Notes: generated by a model from the sequence alone, not told the origin. DNA of 64,000 nucleotides from an uncultured delta proteobacterium (GCA_963755125.1 CAVWIP010000014.1:65681-129680), one strand, 5' to 3'. Counted from the first letter of the stretch, positions 18,790-29,074 are shown. A program made the numbers and translations.

Positions 18790-19213
18790 TAACGTCCTGC
18801 ACGGCAACCGGATCGATCTGGTATCGATCAACCAAGAGCTTCCGTACCCGGTCTGCGATTTCTTGTTCCGTACCGTGGTACGGGCGCACGGTGATGCGGG
18901 CGAGGACATCTGGCAGGACCGCGTGCAGCGCGGCCATCCGTTGTCGGTAGCTTTCGATCCGGACCTGCGGGACACCCGCTGCAAGTGAGACGAATGCCGT
19001 CACGGCCTGGTCAACGTCCTGTTTGATGGCGCCACCCTGGGATGTGGGATTCCTACGCGAGCAGGAGGCGCCCCAGACCGATCCGTTGGCGCTGGAATCT
19101 CCGCCGCCAGCCGCGCTCGAACCGGAGCCTGCCCGGTGATCCTCGCGAGCGCGATTCGCGAGATCTCGGCTGGTCCAGAGCATTTGCCGTTCGTGCTGGA
19201 TTCGTTTCGCCAT
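18749..19213 (-). CDS. Hypothetical protein; its last 13 codons and stop lie inside repeat copy A
   Basis: ORF with a helical-looking C-terminal half (…VRIESYRQRMAALHAVLPDVLARITVRPYHGTEQEIADRVRKLLVDRYQIDP…). I recognise no motif. I chose ATG 19213. Confidence 0.4.
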   Translation of the reverse strand: MAKRIQHERQMLWTSRDLANRAREDHRAGSGSSAAGGGDSSANGSVWGASCSRRNPTSQGGAIKQDVDQAVTAFVSLAAGVPQVRIESYRQRMAALHAVLPDVLARITVRPYHGTEQEIADRVRKLLVDRYQIDPVAVQDVMNLYRARPLSGGY

Positions 19214-19460
19214 TGGCGTTGCTCCTAGTGACGTCGTAACTGGTACAATGCGGATTGCCACTATTGACAAAAAGCGGCCATTCCAAGAAAACCGACCTTC
19301 GAAATCCTGCGGATTTTCAGCGATTCACGGCCTTGGCCGCCACGGTGCGGAATTGCCGCTTTGCTAATGCGCGGGTAGGGCCGACCCGGGGGAAGCGTAC
19401 GCAGACTTCGTGGTTCGCCGCTTGGAACGAGCGTCTTGTGGCTGCCGCTCGCCGTCGGGG

Positions 19461-20633
19461 CTATTCGTCGTACAGCTCCGCACTCGCGAGATCTTCGCCG
19501 TTGAAGCCGCCAGCGACGAGCACCTTCCCGCTGCCCAACAACGTCGCCGTGTGCGAATCCCTTGCCACGGTCATGTTGCCAGTTGCGGTGAATGTTCCGG
19601 AGCTTGGGTCGTACAGCTCCGCGCTCGTGAGATCTTCACTGTTGAAGCCGCCAGCGACGAGCACCTTCCCGCTGCCCAACAACGTCGCTGTGTGATACGC
19701 CCTCGCCGTCGTCATCTTGCCGACAACCGTGAATGTCTTGGCGCTTGGGTCGTACAGCTCCGCGCTTGCGAGATACCCACTGTCGGCTTCGCCGCCGGTA
19801 ACGAGCACCTTCCCGTTGTTCAACAACGTCGCCGTATGTTCGTACTTCGCAGTGGTCATGCTGCCCGTGGCCGTGAAGGTCCCCGCGCTTGGGTCGAATA
19901 ATTCCGCTGTCGCGAGCAGCTCACCCTTGCTGTCTTGTCCGCCGGCGATAAACACCGTCCCATCTGGCAACAAGGTCGCCGTGGGGAATTCCCTCGACGT
20001 GGTCATGTTGCCGGTGGCCGTGAATGCTCCGGCCGTCGGGTCGTAAAGCTCCGCAGTGCCGGCTGCGTCCTCGCCGACGATGAGCACCAGCCCGTTTGGT
20101 AACAACGTTGCGGTGTGGCCCGCCCTTGCCACGGTCATGCTGCCTGTGGCCGTGAATGTTCCGGCCGCCGGGTCGTATAGTTCAGCGCTCGCTTGTCCAA
20201 TGCCTCCACCAGCGATGAGCACTTTCCCGCTTGAAAGCAACGTCGCCGTTTGATACGCCCGCGCCGTCGTCATCTTGCCTGTGGCCGTGAATGTTCCGGC
20301 CGTCGGGTCGTAAAGCTCCGCGCTTGCAACGGGAAGCGCGTTCGTGATGCCATTCTCCCCGCCGGCGATGAGCACCGCCCCGTTGGGCAACAACGTCGCC
20401 GTGTGGTGTTCCCTTGCCACGGTCATGCTGCCGGTCGGCGCGAAACTTCCTTGCAGCACCAGCCCATCCGGGCGCTCGTCGGCCGCAAGACTCGCGTCCG
20501 CGCCGCTGCAGCCGCAGAAAGATGCCACCGAGCAGGAGCCACAGGCGCTGGCACGCCAACTGTCATCGCCGCCGCAACCGCCAAAGCACGGGACCAGAAG
20601 GCACGAAAGCAGCATATACAGCCTGGCAGCCAT
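19461..20633 (-). CDS. Kelch-repeat beta-propeller lipoprotein (7 blades)
   Basis: Lipoprotein-type signal ([10 protein letters not shown]). Seven units of H(T)ATLL..G.VL(I/V)AGG.......AELYDP..GTFTATG.MT.AR. The last two blades are nearly identical. Confidence 0.85.
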   Translation of the reverse strand: MAARLYMLLSCLLVPCFGGCGGDDSWRASACGSCSVASFCGCSGADASLAADERPDGLVLQGSFAPTGSMTVAREHHTATLLPNGAVLIAGGENGITNALPVASAELYDPTAGTFTATGKMTTARAYQTATLLSSGKVLIAGGGIGQASAELYDPAAGTFTATGSMTVARAGHTATLLPNGLVLIVGEDAAGTAELYDPTAGAFTATGNMTTSREFPTATLLPDGTVFIAGGQDSKGELLATAELFDPSAGTFTATGSMTTAKYEHTATLLNNGKVLVTGGEADSGYLASAELYDPSAKTFTVVGKMTTARAYHTATLLGSGKVLVAGGFNSEDLTSAELYDPSSGTFTATGNMTVARDSHTATLLGSGKVLVAGGFNGEDLASAELYDE

Positions 20634-20828
20634 GCCGCCTATTGTCGCGCCGTGTGGGCTTGACCGCAAAAGCTTACGGGGCCGCGTCGCTACCCCGTGG
20701 GGCTGGCGGCCTTTGAATGTGGCCTGGGCAGCCGGCGTGGGTTCTGCCATCCTGACGCGTGTGCTCTGCAGGGTTGGGCTCGAACGTGCCGCCGAACCAG
20801 GCGAATGGTCATACCCAGTGGAGACCCA

Positions 20829-23036
20829 TCACTGGCCATCGATGATATGAGCGAGCTGCGCCCGAGCGTTTTCCCAGTCATCCGGGTTGTTGCTCCAGCT
20901 CGGCGGGGCGTACGAGTACGAGCAGTCGCTTACCGGGTCGTGGCATTGGACCTCCCAGAGGACGCTCGGGACGACATGGCTGACGAGGGTCGAGACCGCG
21001 GTCGCGTCGGTGGCGGCGGCCAGCGTCAGGTAGTCGACGTCCTGGATGCCGCGCCGCCAGTGTTTGAGGCGCAGGCTGACGATGGGGCCATCGATGCCGT
21101 ACGAGCTAGCCGGGAACATCGTGTCCGTGCCCGGATAGAAGAACACCCCGTTGCCGTTGGCGCCGCCGGCCATGCCGTAGGCCGGATCGCTCTGGGTCGT
21201 GCCGAACGTGTCTGCGCTGTTGAACAGGTCGACGCTGCCGAGCCCCTGCTGATTGTCGTCGTAGTAAGTCGCCTCCCACCAGAACCATCGATCGATCTTC
21301 TTCTTGTACTGGCCCCAGGGCTGCTCGCGCAGCGCCACGCCGTCGTCCTCGGTCGCGCACGATCCGGCTCCCGGCCGCTGGCCATTGTATGAGAATAGGC
21401 GGCGATTGGGTTCGGCGGCGAGTACGGCGTCTGCGGCGGACTGGTCGGTCGAGCTCTGACCGTTTATCGAGGTGCCGCCGCTCGAGACGCCCTGGCTGAA
21501 CGGCCAGCTCGAAGTCGGATCGCTGAGCGTCGACGGCGCGTCGAGTAGCGGTTGCGTGGCCATCGTGTGCAGGCTGGAGCCCACGCCGGAGATGCCGGCC
21601 CACCACCCGAGCTGCGTGGCCAGCGTCGGGGTGCTCTGCTGGCAGTCGATCTCGTCGCATAGATAGACGAAGCGCTCGGTGTTGGGTGAGTTGGCCTCGA
21701 ACCAGCTCTCCCAGCCCGTGAATACCGCCGTGAACTGCGACTGCGTCGAGCCCTCGGTCAGCCCGCCGTAGGTGCCGATCGAGTAGACGTCTTGCCCCGT
21801 GCCCGCGCCGGGCCCCGCGTAGCCATGGGCTGACGTGAAGAAGCTGCCATCGAGGACGGACACGTAGTCGGTGCCCGGCTGAGTGCCCGACTGATGGGCG
21901 TCGTCGCCGATAAGCGAGATCTTGTGCCGATGCGCGACCAGGCGCTGGTTCTGAAGTGCCGTCTGCACGACCATGTCCTGGGCGGTGCCCGGGTTGGGGT
22001 ACGAGACGCCGACGTAGCGCGGCGAGATATCGCCATACGACGTGAAGAGCATCGTTTGGGCGCTCGGCGCGTCGGGTAGGGCGAAGTTGCGCACGCGCAG
22101 GCTGACGGGGACCTCATGCGTCGTGGTGCCGTCCTCCTGGATCGTGAGCACGCCGCCGTAGATGCCCGCCGCGGCCGTCTTGGGGATGTACACATCCACC
22201 CAGACGGACTGGTTGCTCGATGCCGCGACATTGAAGGTCGGCACGAGTTCGAGCGGCACGGCGATGTCGGGCACGAACTTGTTGGCGATCGGCCGCTCTG
22301 CCCAGGCGCACCCGCTGCCCGTGGGCTTGGAATCGGGCGTGGCCTGCGTCATCCCAGGGCACTGGGCGCTCTTGGGGAAGGTCGCCTCCTGCCAGCTTGC
22401 CAGCGTGCCGTACGCCTGCTGGCTGAGCCCCGTGATCTGCAGGTAGCGGACGTAGAAGAGATCGATCTCGGTCGTCGTCCAGTCGAAAAGCTTGTCTGTC
22501 GTGCGCGGTGCCGAGCGGATCACCGAGCCGCCTGGGCCTGTCAAATTGCTGAGCGTCACGCTCACCTTCGAGGCCGCCGACGTTGCCGCCTCGAGGATGA
22601 CGTCGAACGAAATGACCTCGTTCTTCGCTCCGAAGACCTGCACGCAGGTGCCGTTCCAGACGCTGTTTGCGACGGCGCTCGCGTGGCCGGTCGCGCGTAG
22701 CTCGTCCTGCGTGACCTTGTCGCCGCCCTCGTTGGCCCACACGGCGGTGAGGTTGGTCGACGACGATACGCCCGTCCGCGTGTTGATGGTGCACGGATCG
22801 CCAGCGTCGCTGTACAGCATGTCGCCGTGAAGCACGTCGCCACCCGAGGGTCCGTCGTCCGTCGGGAAGTTCCCGTCGCCTCCGGTGCTGCTGTCACCCC
22901 ATCTCCCACCATCCGAGGTCGAGGCTTTCGAGCCGCCGCCACCACCGCACGACGCGCTCGCCAGGGCAAGCGATGCGGAGGTCGAAAGCGCGAGCAACGC
23001 GACGAAAGTGGGCCGGCGGCGCAAGGTCGAGGGCAT
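20829..23036 (-). CDS. Secreted lipoprotein, DUF4091 / GH123-like glycoside hydrolase candidate
   Basis: Lipobox ALASASCGG. The block SNQSVWVDVYIPKTAAAGIYGGVLTIQEDG...VSLRVRNFALPD and the C-terminal LKHWRRGIQDVDYL resemble conserved DUF4091 blocks. This call is from memory, not HMM-verified. Confidence 0.55.
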   Translation of the reverse strand: MPSTLRRRPTFVALLALSTSASLALASASCGGGGGSKASTSDGGRWGDSSTGGDGNFPTDDGPSGGDVLHGDMLYSDAGDPCTINTRTGVSSSTNLTAVWANEGGDKVTQDELRATGHASAVANSVWNGTCVQVFGAKNEVISFDVILEAATSAASKVSVTLSNLTGPGGSVIRSAPRTTDKLFDWTTTEIDLFYVRYLQITGLSQQAYGTLASWQEATFPKSAQCPGMTQATPDSKPTGSGCAWAERPIANKFVPDIAVPLELVPTFNVAASSNQSVWVDVYIPKTAAAGIYGGVLTIQEDGTTTHEVPVSLRVRNFALPDAPSAQTMLFTSYGDISPRYVGVSYPNPGTAQDMVVQTALQNQRLVAHRHKISLIGDDAHQSGTQPGTDYVSVLDGSFFTSAHGYAGPGAGTGQDVYSIGTYGGLTEGSTQSQFTAVFTGWESWFEANSPNTERFVYLCDEIDCQQSTPTLATQLGWWAGISGVGSSLHTMATQPLLDAPSTLSDPTSSWPFSQGVSSGGTSINGQSSTDQSAADAVLAAEPNRRLFSYNGQRPGAGSCATEDDGVALREQPWGQYKKKIDRWFWWEATYYDDNQQGLGSVDLFNSADTFGTTQSDPAYGMAGGANGNGVFFYPGTDTMFPASSYGIDGPIVSLRLKHWRRGIQDVDYLTLAAATDATAVSTLVSHVVPSVLWEVQCHDPVSDCSYSYAPPSWSNNPDDWENARAQLAHIIDGQ

Positions 23037-23306
23037 GGAGCCAATCGCCCGATGCAGATGAACGCCAGCTCCCTCGATAGTTGCACGGCTCCTGACCACC
23101 TTGCGGATACGCCGGTTCTCAGCCATTGCGGTCCTCCCTTTCCGAATTCACGGGCCTCCGGGCCCGGGGAAGACGAAGTGTAGCAGCTTCGAGGTGAGAG
23201 GGCAGTCTCCGAGCCCGGAAGTGCGCCTGCCAGGAGAAGCCGGTTCGTGGGCAGCGGCAAACCCCGCGACCAAAGCCGACGCCAGGGCATCGAAGAGGCA
23301 CCGCTG

Positions 23307-23669
23307 ATGTCAGCCAGACCGAAGACCATCGACGAGTACCTTGCACCCTTGAGCAGCGAGAAGCGGGCTGCGCTCGGCAAGCTCCGCAAGAGGATTCGAT
23401 TGATCGTTCCCGAGGCCGAGGAGTGCATCAGCTACAGCATCCCGGCATTTCGCCTGGACGGCGTAGTGGTCGCGGGATTCTGCACGACGGCGAAGGGATG
23501 TTCGTACTTGCCGTTTAGTGGTTCGACGCTGGGCGCGCTGGCCGGTGATCTCCGGGCCTACGACCAGACCAAGTCCTCCCTCCATTTCCATCCCGACAAG
23601 CCGCTGCCGGTAGCCCTCGTCCGCAGGCTGATCAGGGCGCGCATCGCCGAAAGGAAAGGCCGCCAGTAG
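23307..23669 (+). CDS. DUF1801 (YdhG-like) domain protein
   Basis: TIDEYLAPLSSEKRAALGKLRKRIRLIVPEAEECISYSIPAFRLDGVVVAGF is the typical DUF1801 pattern. Length about 120 aa. Confidence 0.7.
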   Translation: MSARPKTIDEYLAPLSSEKRAALGKLRKRIRLIVPEAEECISYSIPAFRLDGVVVAGFCTTAKGCSYLPFSGSTLGALAGDLRAYDQTKSSLHFHPDKPLPVALVRRLIRARIAERKGRQ

Positions 23670-23877
23670 GCCGGCTGGCGACTTCGCCGCACCGACGAGT
23701 CACTGAACTGAAGAAGAGGCTCGTCGACAAGATCTAACGGAGTTTCGGCCCACAGGCGGTTTCCTGCGGCCTCCCTCCAAAACTCCAGAATGTCGGGGCA
23801 GACGTTGACGGGGCGCGCCGGGCCGGACCCATTGCGGCTTCTGGAGCAACCCTCAATCCCCCACCCCCCTCAAGGCT

Positions 23878-25977
23878 CTACGAGGTCGTGGTCACACGAG
23901 CCCCGTCGGCAAGACGCTGATCGCGGCCTGATCGCAACTGGTCCGCCCTGCGTTGATACTCTTCGACCAGCGTGACCAGCGCGGCGTGCGACCAGGCCAG
24001 CGGCGATACCGACAAGGCAGCGCCGGTCGCGGGATCGAGCTGCTCGGGCAGCACGCCCGACGGCAACTTGTGCGCATCCACCCAGCGCAAGACCTCGCGG
24101 GCCGACTCGAGTTCGGACGGGCTGCGTGCACAGGCCACCGCGTGCATGCCCAACCAGATGGTGCAGAGAAACCATGGGTTGCCTGGGACGCTGTCGATAT
24201 CGCGGGTCACTTGATGGTAGTAGTCACCGCGATAGCGCGCCACACCTCCCACCGGAGTCCGACAGGTGAGACCATCGCGCACCGCCTTCATGGTGGCCGC
24301 CACACGCGGATCGTCGGCGGCGAAGGCTCCGAACATGAAAATCCCGGCCAGCGACGCGTCCAGGGTCGCGTCCACGCTGACTTCTCCAGCGTCGCTCAAC
24401 GTGATCATTCGCGCGAACCGACCCAGTTCCGGCCGATAGAGATAACGGTCCATCGCCTGCCGGATCTCCAGAGCAGCGGCCGCATATTCGGCGGCCAGTG
24501 CTTCTTCACCAAAGGCTCGCGCGAACTCAGCCGCGGCATCCAGACCGCCCACCACAGCACCGCAGGTGAAGGTGCAAATGCCCCGCCGCTCCTCCCACAA
24601 ATCGTAGCTTGGTCCAGGCAGGTGCGTGACCGGATCACGGTAGCTGGCGAGGAAGCGCGCACTCTTCTTTACCAGGCGGCCGTACAGTCCCTTGATAGCT
24701 TCCACGTCACGCCAGCGCTGGAAGTGGTACCACAGCGCCCACAAGACAAGGGCGGTCTCGTCTTCCTGAATTGGCAGTTGCATCTCGTACCCGGCCGGCG
24801 CCTCGCCTGCGCCGGCCGAGCGGGCACTGGCGCCGTCGCAGCCTTTGCCCGCCGTGCGGGAACCCATCCAGGGGTGCCAGGACGAGCCGAGTTGTCCGTC
24901 GGCGGTGTACTTGTGCAGGAGGTAGCCCTCGGCGGTCAGTCGATCGGCGCAGAACTCGTAGAAACGCAAGGGCGCCTGCTGATAGCCAGCCAGGTCGAGC
25001 GCACGAGCCGCCAGGGCTCCGTCGCGGGGCCAGCAATAGGCGTAGGTGTCACGGGAAAAACTCAAGATGTCGCTGTCCACGGCCGCAATTACCGCCCCGC
25101 TTTGGTCGATGTGCGTGCGTAGGATGAGCAGCGATCGCCGGTAGAGATCAGCCACGCCGTCGGGCAATTCCCCGTCTTGCACGGAATTGCGCTTGCTCCA
25201 CAAGCGCCAGTAGTCGCGTGTGCGGGTCAGGAAACTCTGTGGCCCGCGCTGGACCACCTTGGCGTTCAACTCGTGAACGGCGTCCCAACTCCCCTTCCAG
25301 CGCGGCCCCACCGCTATCCAGTAGTCGACCTCTGCGCTCGCGTTCGGACCGACGTCGCAGCAGGCCGCCACCACCGAGTCGACCGCTCCCTGGGCCACCA
25401 GACCGTGGCCGAGTTCGCCGTCCTCGGCATCGCGAAACGTTCCTTCCTTGCCGGGCAGGTTCTTCTGTCCAATGGCCCAGTGCTCGACGCCGTCGCGCGC
25501 GCCCACGCGCAGGTTCACCAGAAAGAAGCGCGGCCCCTTGTAGTGCACGACCGCGCGACAAACCGGATCGTAGACTGCCGTGTCGCCCACGTCGCTCTCA
25601 CCGATGGCCAGGTTCTGATGGAAGAAAAGGCGGATTTGCCGCGCCTCGGGCCGCTGGTTGTGCACCACCACTCGGCGCAGAAAAAGGTCTTCGTGAAAGT
25701 CCACGCAGTCGGAACAGGACAGCCGCACGCCCAGGCCATCGTGCTGGCACTGCACATCGGTGACCAGTGTGTCGGGCTGGTAGCGCATCACCAGATTCCA
25801 TCCCCGCGCGCGTTCGATCCAGGTGAAGGTGCCGCCGACGAAGACCCCGAAACGGCAGACAGCCCCGTGTACGTGATTCTCTCGCCCCACGCGCGGATAG
25901 CTGAGTTCGCGCACCCGGTAGTCACTGTCAAAGGCCACCAGGACTTTGCCGTTCCCGATTGGTAGGTCGCGTGGCAT
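23878..25977 (-). CDS. Glycoside hydrolase family 15 (glucoamylase/trehalase-like) protein
   Basis: The N-terminus LPIGNGKVLVAFDSDYRVRELSYPRVGRENH and the (alpha/alpha)6-type C-terminal half (…YCWPRDGALAARAL…, …LWEERRG…, …LPEQLD…PLAWSHA) are characteristic of GH15. Confidence 0.85.
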   Translation of the reverse strand: MPRDLPIGNGKVLVAFDSDYRVRELSYPRVGRENHVHGAVCRFGVFVGGTFTWIERARGWNLVMRYQPDTLVTDVQCQHDGLGVRLSCSDCVDFHEDLFLRRVVVHNQRPEARQIRLFFHQNLAIGESDVGDTAVYDPVCRAVVHYKGPRFFLVNLRVGARDGVEHWAIGQKNLPGKEGTFRDAEDGELGHGLVAQGAVDSVVAACCDVGPNASAEVDYWIAVGPRWKGSWDAVHELNAKVVQRGPQSFLTRTRDYWRLWSKRNSVQDGELPDGVADLYRRSLLILRTHIDQSGAVIAAVDSDILSFSRDTYAYCWPRDGALAARALDLAGYQQAPLRFYEFCADRLTAEGYLLHKYTADGQLGSSWHPWMGSRTAGKGCDGASARSAGAGEAPAGYEMQLPIQEDETALVLWALWYHFQRWRDVEAIKGLYGRLVKKSARFLASYRDPVTHLPGPSYDLWEERRGICTFTCGAVVGGLDAAAEFARAFGEEALAAEYAAAALEIRQAMDRYLYRPELGRFARMITLSDAGEVSVDATLDASLAGIFMFGAFAADDPRVAATMKAVRDGLTCRTPVGGVARYRGDYYHQVTRDIDSVPGNPWFLCTIWLGMHAVACARSPSELESAREVLRWVDAHKLPSGVLPEQLDPATGAALSVSPLAWSHAALVTLVEEYQRRADQLRSGRDQRLADGARVTTTS

Positions 25978-26362
25978 CGGTCTTCCCCTTGCAAGGTTGG
26001 CACTACCGGAGGGTCACGCAAACAATAGAGTTCTCGACAGACAAAGCAAGGCGCCATGCGAAGGCGTCGCCAAGCTGCCGGCCGGCATCTACTACCCGCC
26101 CGCTTCAACCGCCGTGCTTCCAGATTACGCGGGTTGGTCTTTTTTCCGGCTGATGTATCGGGCCGTCTGCACTGTGCCGATCTCGTGCTGAGGACTCGTC
26201 GGATGCAGGATCTTTTCTGGCGCCGGACGGTGACCACAACCTGTGGGGGTTACTTGCGTGAAGTGGATCCCCCTTCAGAAGAAACCGACTCTGCTAGGCA
26301 GATTCCACCCGCCGTTGCCCAGCACAGCAGCGACGGCAGGCATTTTGCCCACGCGACGACGT

Positions 26363-27133
26363 TTACTGGGTCACGTAGGGGTGGGCCGGCCAGCCTGCGG
26401 CGGTCGAGTAGGTGTTGTACGCGTCGACCACCGCGGTGTCGTAGTCGAAGTTGTAGACCGTACAGCTTTGCGTGCTGCCGTAGGAGTTGAAATTGCCAAC
26501 GGCCATCATCGTGTACTGATCCTCGGTGCAGCCCGGGAAGTCCGCCTTCGCCTGCGCGCGGTTGCACGCGATGCCGGCGATGCCCAGCTCGATGTTGACC
26601 ACGGGGTTGAAGACCGAGTTGGCCCAGTTCTCGGTGTTGGGGTTCGTCTCCATGTCCACCTGCCCGCTCGGGAGCAAGCCGAGCCCGCTCGCCGTGCACC
26701 CAGCGGGCAGGTTCGAGGAGTTGCACCAAGGCCCGGTCTGCATCGCACCGAAGCAGGCACACTCGGGCGCGGTCCAGCCACGCGCCGGGCAGCACGGCCC
26801 ATTGCCGGTGCAACCGACCGCGTCGTACTGGAAGCGCGACTCGACGTAGATGATCGCCTTGAAGATCATGGCGTCGGGCTCGTCGTACTTGGCCGTGAAC
26901 TCGAGGATGGGGCAGTCGTCGATGTCCACCGAGAGACCGTTCCACAAAGGGGCGAGATTCGTGCGCAGCGGATCCGGATCGCACGAGCCCGAATCGGTGG
27001 AAACTGCGCCATCGGCGGCGGTGCGGTCAGTGTCCCCCTTGCACCCGCTCCAGACGAGCAGGCTCGCCCCGAGCGCTGCAGCCAGCATCGTGTAACCGAG
27101 CGTCGAAAGCGCGCGCGTGCCTCTGGAGAGCAT
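26363..27133 (-). CDS. Lytic transglycosylase (SLT-domain) lipoprotein
   Basis: Lipobox LLVWSGC. FKAIIYVESRFQYDAVG carries the catalytic E-S motif of SLT domains, followed by GAMQT. Confidence 0.6.
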   Translation of the reverse strand: MLSRGTRALSTLGYTMLAAALGASLLVWSGCKGDTDRTAADGAVSTDSGSCDPDPLRTNLAPLWNGLSVDIDDCPILEFTAKYDEPDAMIFKAIIYVESRFQYDAVGCTGNGPCCPARGWTAPECACFGAMQTGPWCNSSNLPAGCTASGLGLLPSGQVDMETNPNTENWANSVFNPVVNIELGIAGIACNRAQAKADFPGCTEDQYTMMAVGNFNSYGSTQSCTVYNFDYDTAVVDAYNTYSTAAGWPAHPYVTQ

Positions 27134-27649
27134 GGGCCTAGGATAGCCCGTTGCCACGACGAGCAGCTACCGACCTGCGCGTGCTCGGCCTGCGCTCTCC
27201 AGAGAGACGTGCAAGAAAATAATGGGGTAGCATTATTGGGCTCACTCGTGATCTCCAGCGATAACCTCAATATTCCCAAGTACTTGCGAGGCGGAGAAAG
27301 TTGACACTGGGGTCGCTGACGGTTCGTCTAGCCGATCTAATGGGGAGCCACTCGATCGCCCCCACCAACTTCGGTGGGCTGGCGATTTAACTGCGGCTCT
27401 GCAGCGCCCCATCGAGCCATCGCGCCTTTTTGGCCTGTATTCGCGGGCAGTTGCGTGAGTCGGCTGGGCCGGTACCCACGGTGGTGGCTTTCGCAGAGAT
27501 CACCATCTTGGGCGCCAGAGTGGCTGATCCAGGCTCCGGGCGCTCTCTGCGGGGTCCACCGGGGAGAGAGCAGCAGAGAGCGTTTAATAGCCAGAGAGCG
27601 CGTTTAATAGGTCAGGCCGCTTTTGGGCCGGTTTTGGGCCGCCTTTCCG

Positions 27650-27754
27650 TTAAATCGGGGTTGACTCCGTGGTGCTACCCCATTCCACCTACTGCCGACC
27701 GGCTGGTTAATGGTTAATAGCCACCAGAGACTGGGCGCGCCCGGTGGAGATTCA
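27650..27754 (+). repeat. Copy B of the 105-bp direct repeat
   Basis: See copy A: six mismatches, no indels. It ends 18 nt before the stop of the downstream hydrolase gene. Confidence 0.9.
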
Positions 27755-27771
27755 CAGCCTCGCTCGGGTCG

Positions 27772-28884
27772 TCACTGCTTCAGGGTTTCAGCGAAGAACT
27801 CGACCGCCATTCCTGCGACCCGCTCGTGGATCGCCGCTCGGTCAACGCCGGGCGGATCGACCGCGAGGTGCGGCAGCTCTTTCTTCGCCTTCGGCGTAGG
27901 AAGATCAAGGAACACGTAGTGGCCGACGCTGCCGGGAAGGATGTCCAGGCGTGCGCCCTTGATGCTGTCGGCGAAGTACGACGCGTTCCCCTCGGCGGGC
28001 GCGGCTTGGTCGCCGTGCCCCACCACGATCCGCACTGGGATCGCAATGGACGCCAGACTGGCCGGAGCAAACGAGTGGCCGAGCGCAGGAGCGATAGCAA
28101 AGATCGCGCGGACCCGCTCGTCGCGATACGAATCGCCGGCCCGCTGGAGCGAGGCGCGAAACTGCGCATCGGTACGCGCCTTGGCCTTCACCTGCTCGTT
28201 TAGGTTGGGGAACTCTGACGGTGGCGCGCACGCCTCCTTGTGATCCGCGCAGTAACGCAGGAACTCGGTCATGTCGGTGCGCCCGCCGGCGATCTCCATC
28301 ATGGTAAATCCGCCCAGGGAGAACCCCGCCGCCCCGATGCGCCTAGCATCGACGATCTTGCTCATCGTCTTGTCCGCCAGCATGCCGTCGATCACGGCAC
28401 GGAGATCGCGGGCTCGTTCCCAACGGAGGATGAACCCCTCCAGCGTGCTCACGTCCTCGACGCTGTTGCCTGGATGGTTCACGGCCGCCGTGACGAAACC
28501 TCGGCGAGCCAACGCTACGCCGAGCCAAGCGAGCTGAATCGCCGCACCGCCCGTTCCATGTGACATGACGACGAGCGGGAAACCGCGATCAGCTGCGGCC
28601 GGCGCCGCATCGACCGCGACTCGACCGGCATCCCACATCGGCGCGGCAGGAGGTACGGCCATGGCGACCTCGTTCGCGCCAGCTGCGGCCGGGTACCAAA
28701 TGGTGACGCGCAGCGTGTGCTCCTTGGATCCGCGCCAGTGAAAGTCGCCGGACGGCGTGAACTTTCGAAGCGTCATCCCGACCTTGTACGCGGCTCCGCC
28801 TGTGCCTTGCGCCGTCGCGGTGCCAGAGGCGGACAGGACAGTGAATACACCAGCAACGGCGCAGCCTGTCTTCGCTGTTGGCAT
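27772..28884 (-). CDS. Secreted alpha/beta hydrolase (dienelactone hydrolase / PAF-acetylhydrolase-like)
   Basis: Signal peptide, oxyanion-type VVMSHGTGG, nucleophile elbow GAAGFSLGG, and a late HG/His region (VGHGD, VGHYVF). Confidence 0.75.
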   Translation of the reverse strand: MPTAKTGCAVAGVFTVLSASGTATAQGTGGAAYKVGMTLRKFTPSGDFHWRGSKEHTLRVTIWYPAAAGANEVAMAVPPAAPMWDAGRVAVDAAPAAADRGFPLVVMSHGTGGAAIQLAWLGVALARRGFVTAAVNHPGNSVEDVSTLEGFILRWERARDLRAVIDGMLADKTMSKIVDARRIGAAGFSLGGFTMMEIAGGRTDMTEFLRYCADHKEACAPPSEFPNLNEQVKAKARTDAQFRASLQRAGDSYRDERVRAIFAIAPALGHSFAPASLASIAIPVRIVVGHGDQAAPAEGNASYFADSIKGARLDILPGSVGHYVFLDLPTPKAKKELPHLAVDPPGVDRAAIHERVAGMAVEFFAETLKQ

Positions 28885-29074
28885 GGGTTTTCCCTATATG
28901 CTCATCTTCGTAACCGCGCGCAAGCATTCCAGTGATGCCTTTCTTGACTGCCCGGTTCGAGGCTGCAGCCCCTTCCTTGCCTGAGAGTCCAACCACGCCC
29001 TGCGACTTTCTGGAGTGGTGCACCGGATGGGGGTGTATAATCGCGCCCGGTCATTCCAGCAGCCACGAGGATCG

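Noticed and set aside
23953-27304. Plus-strand ORFs 23953-25122, 25177-25965 and 26243-27304.
   Set aside because: They are antisense to the GH15 and SLT genes. No motifs are present, and the composition is that of a shadow frame.
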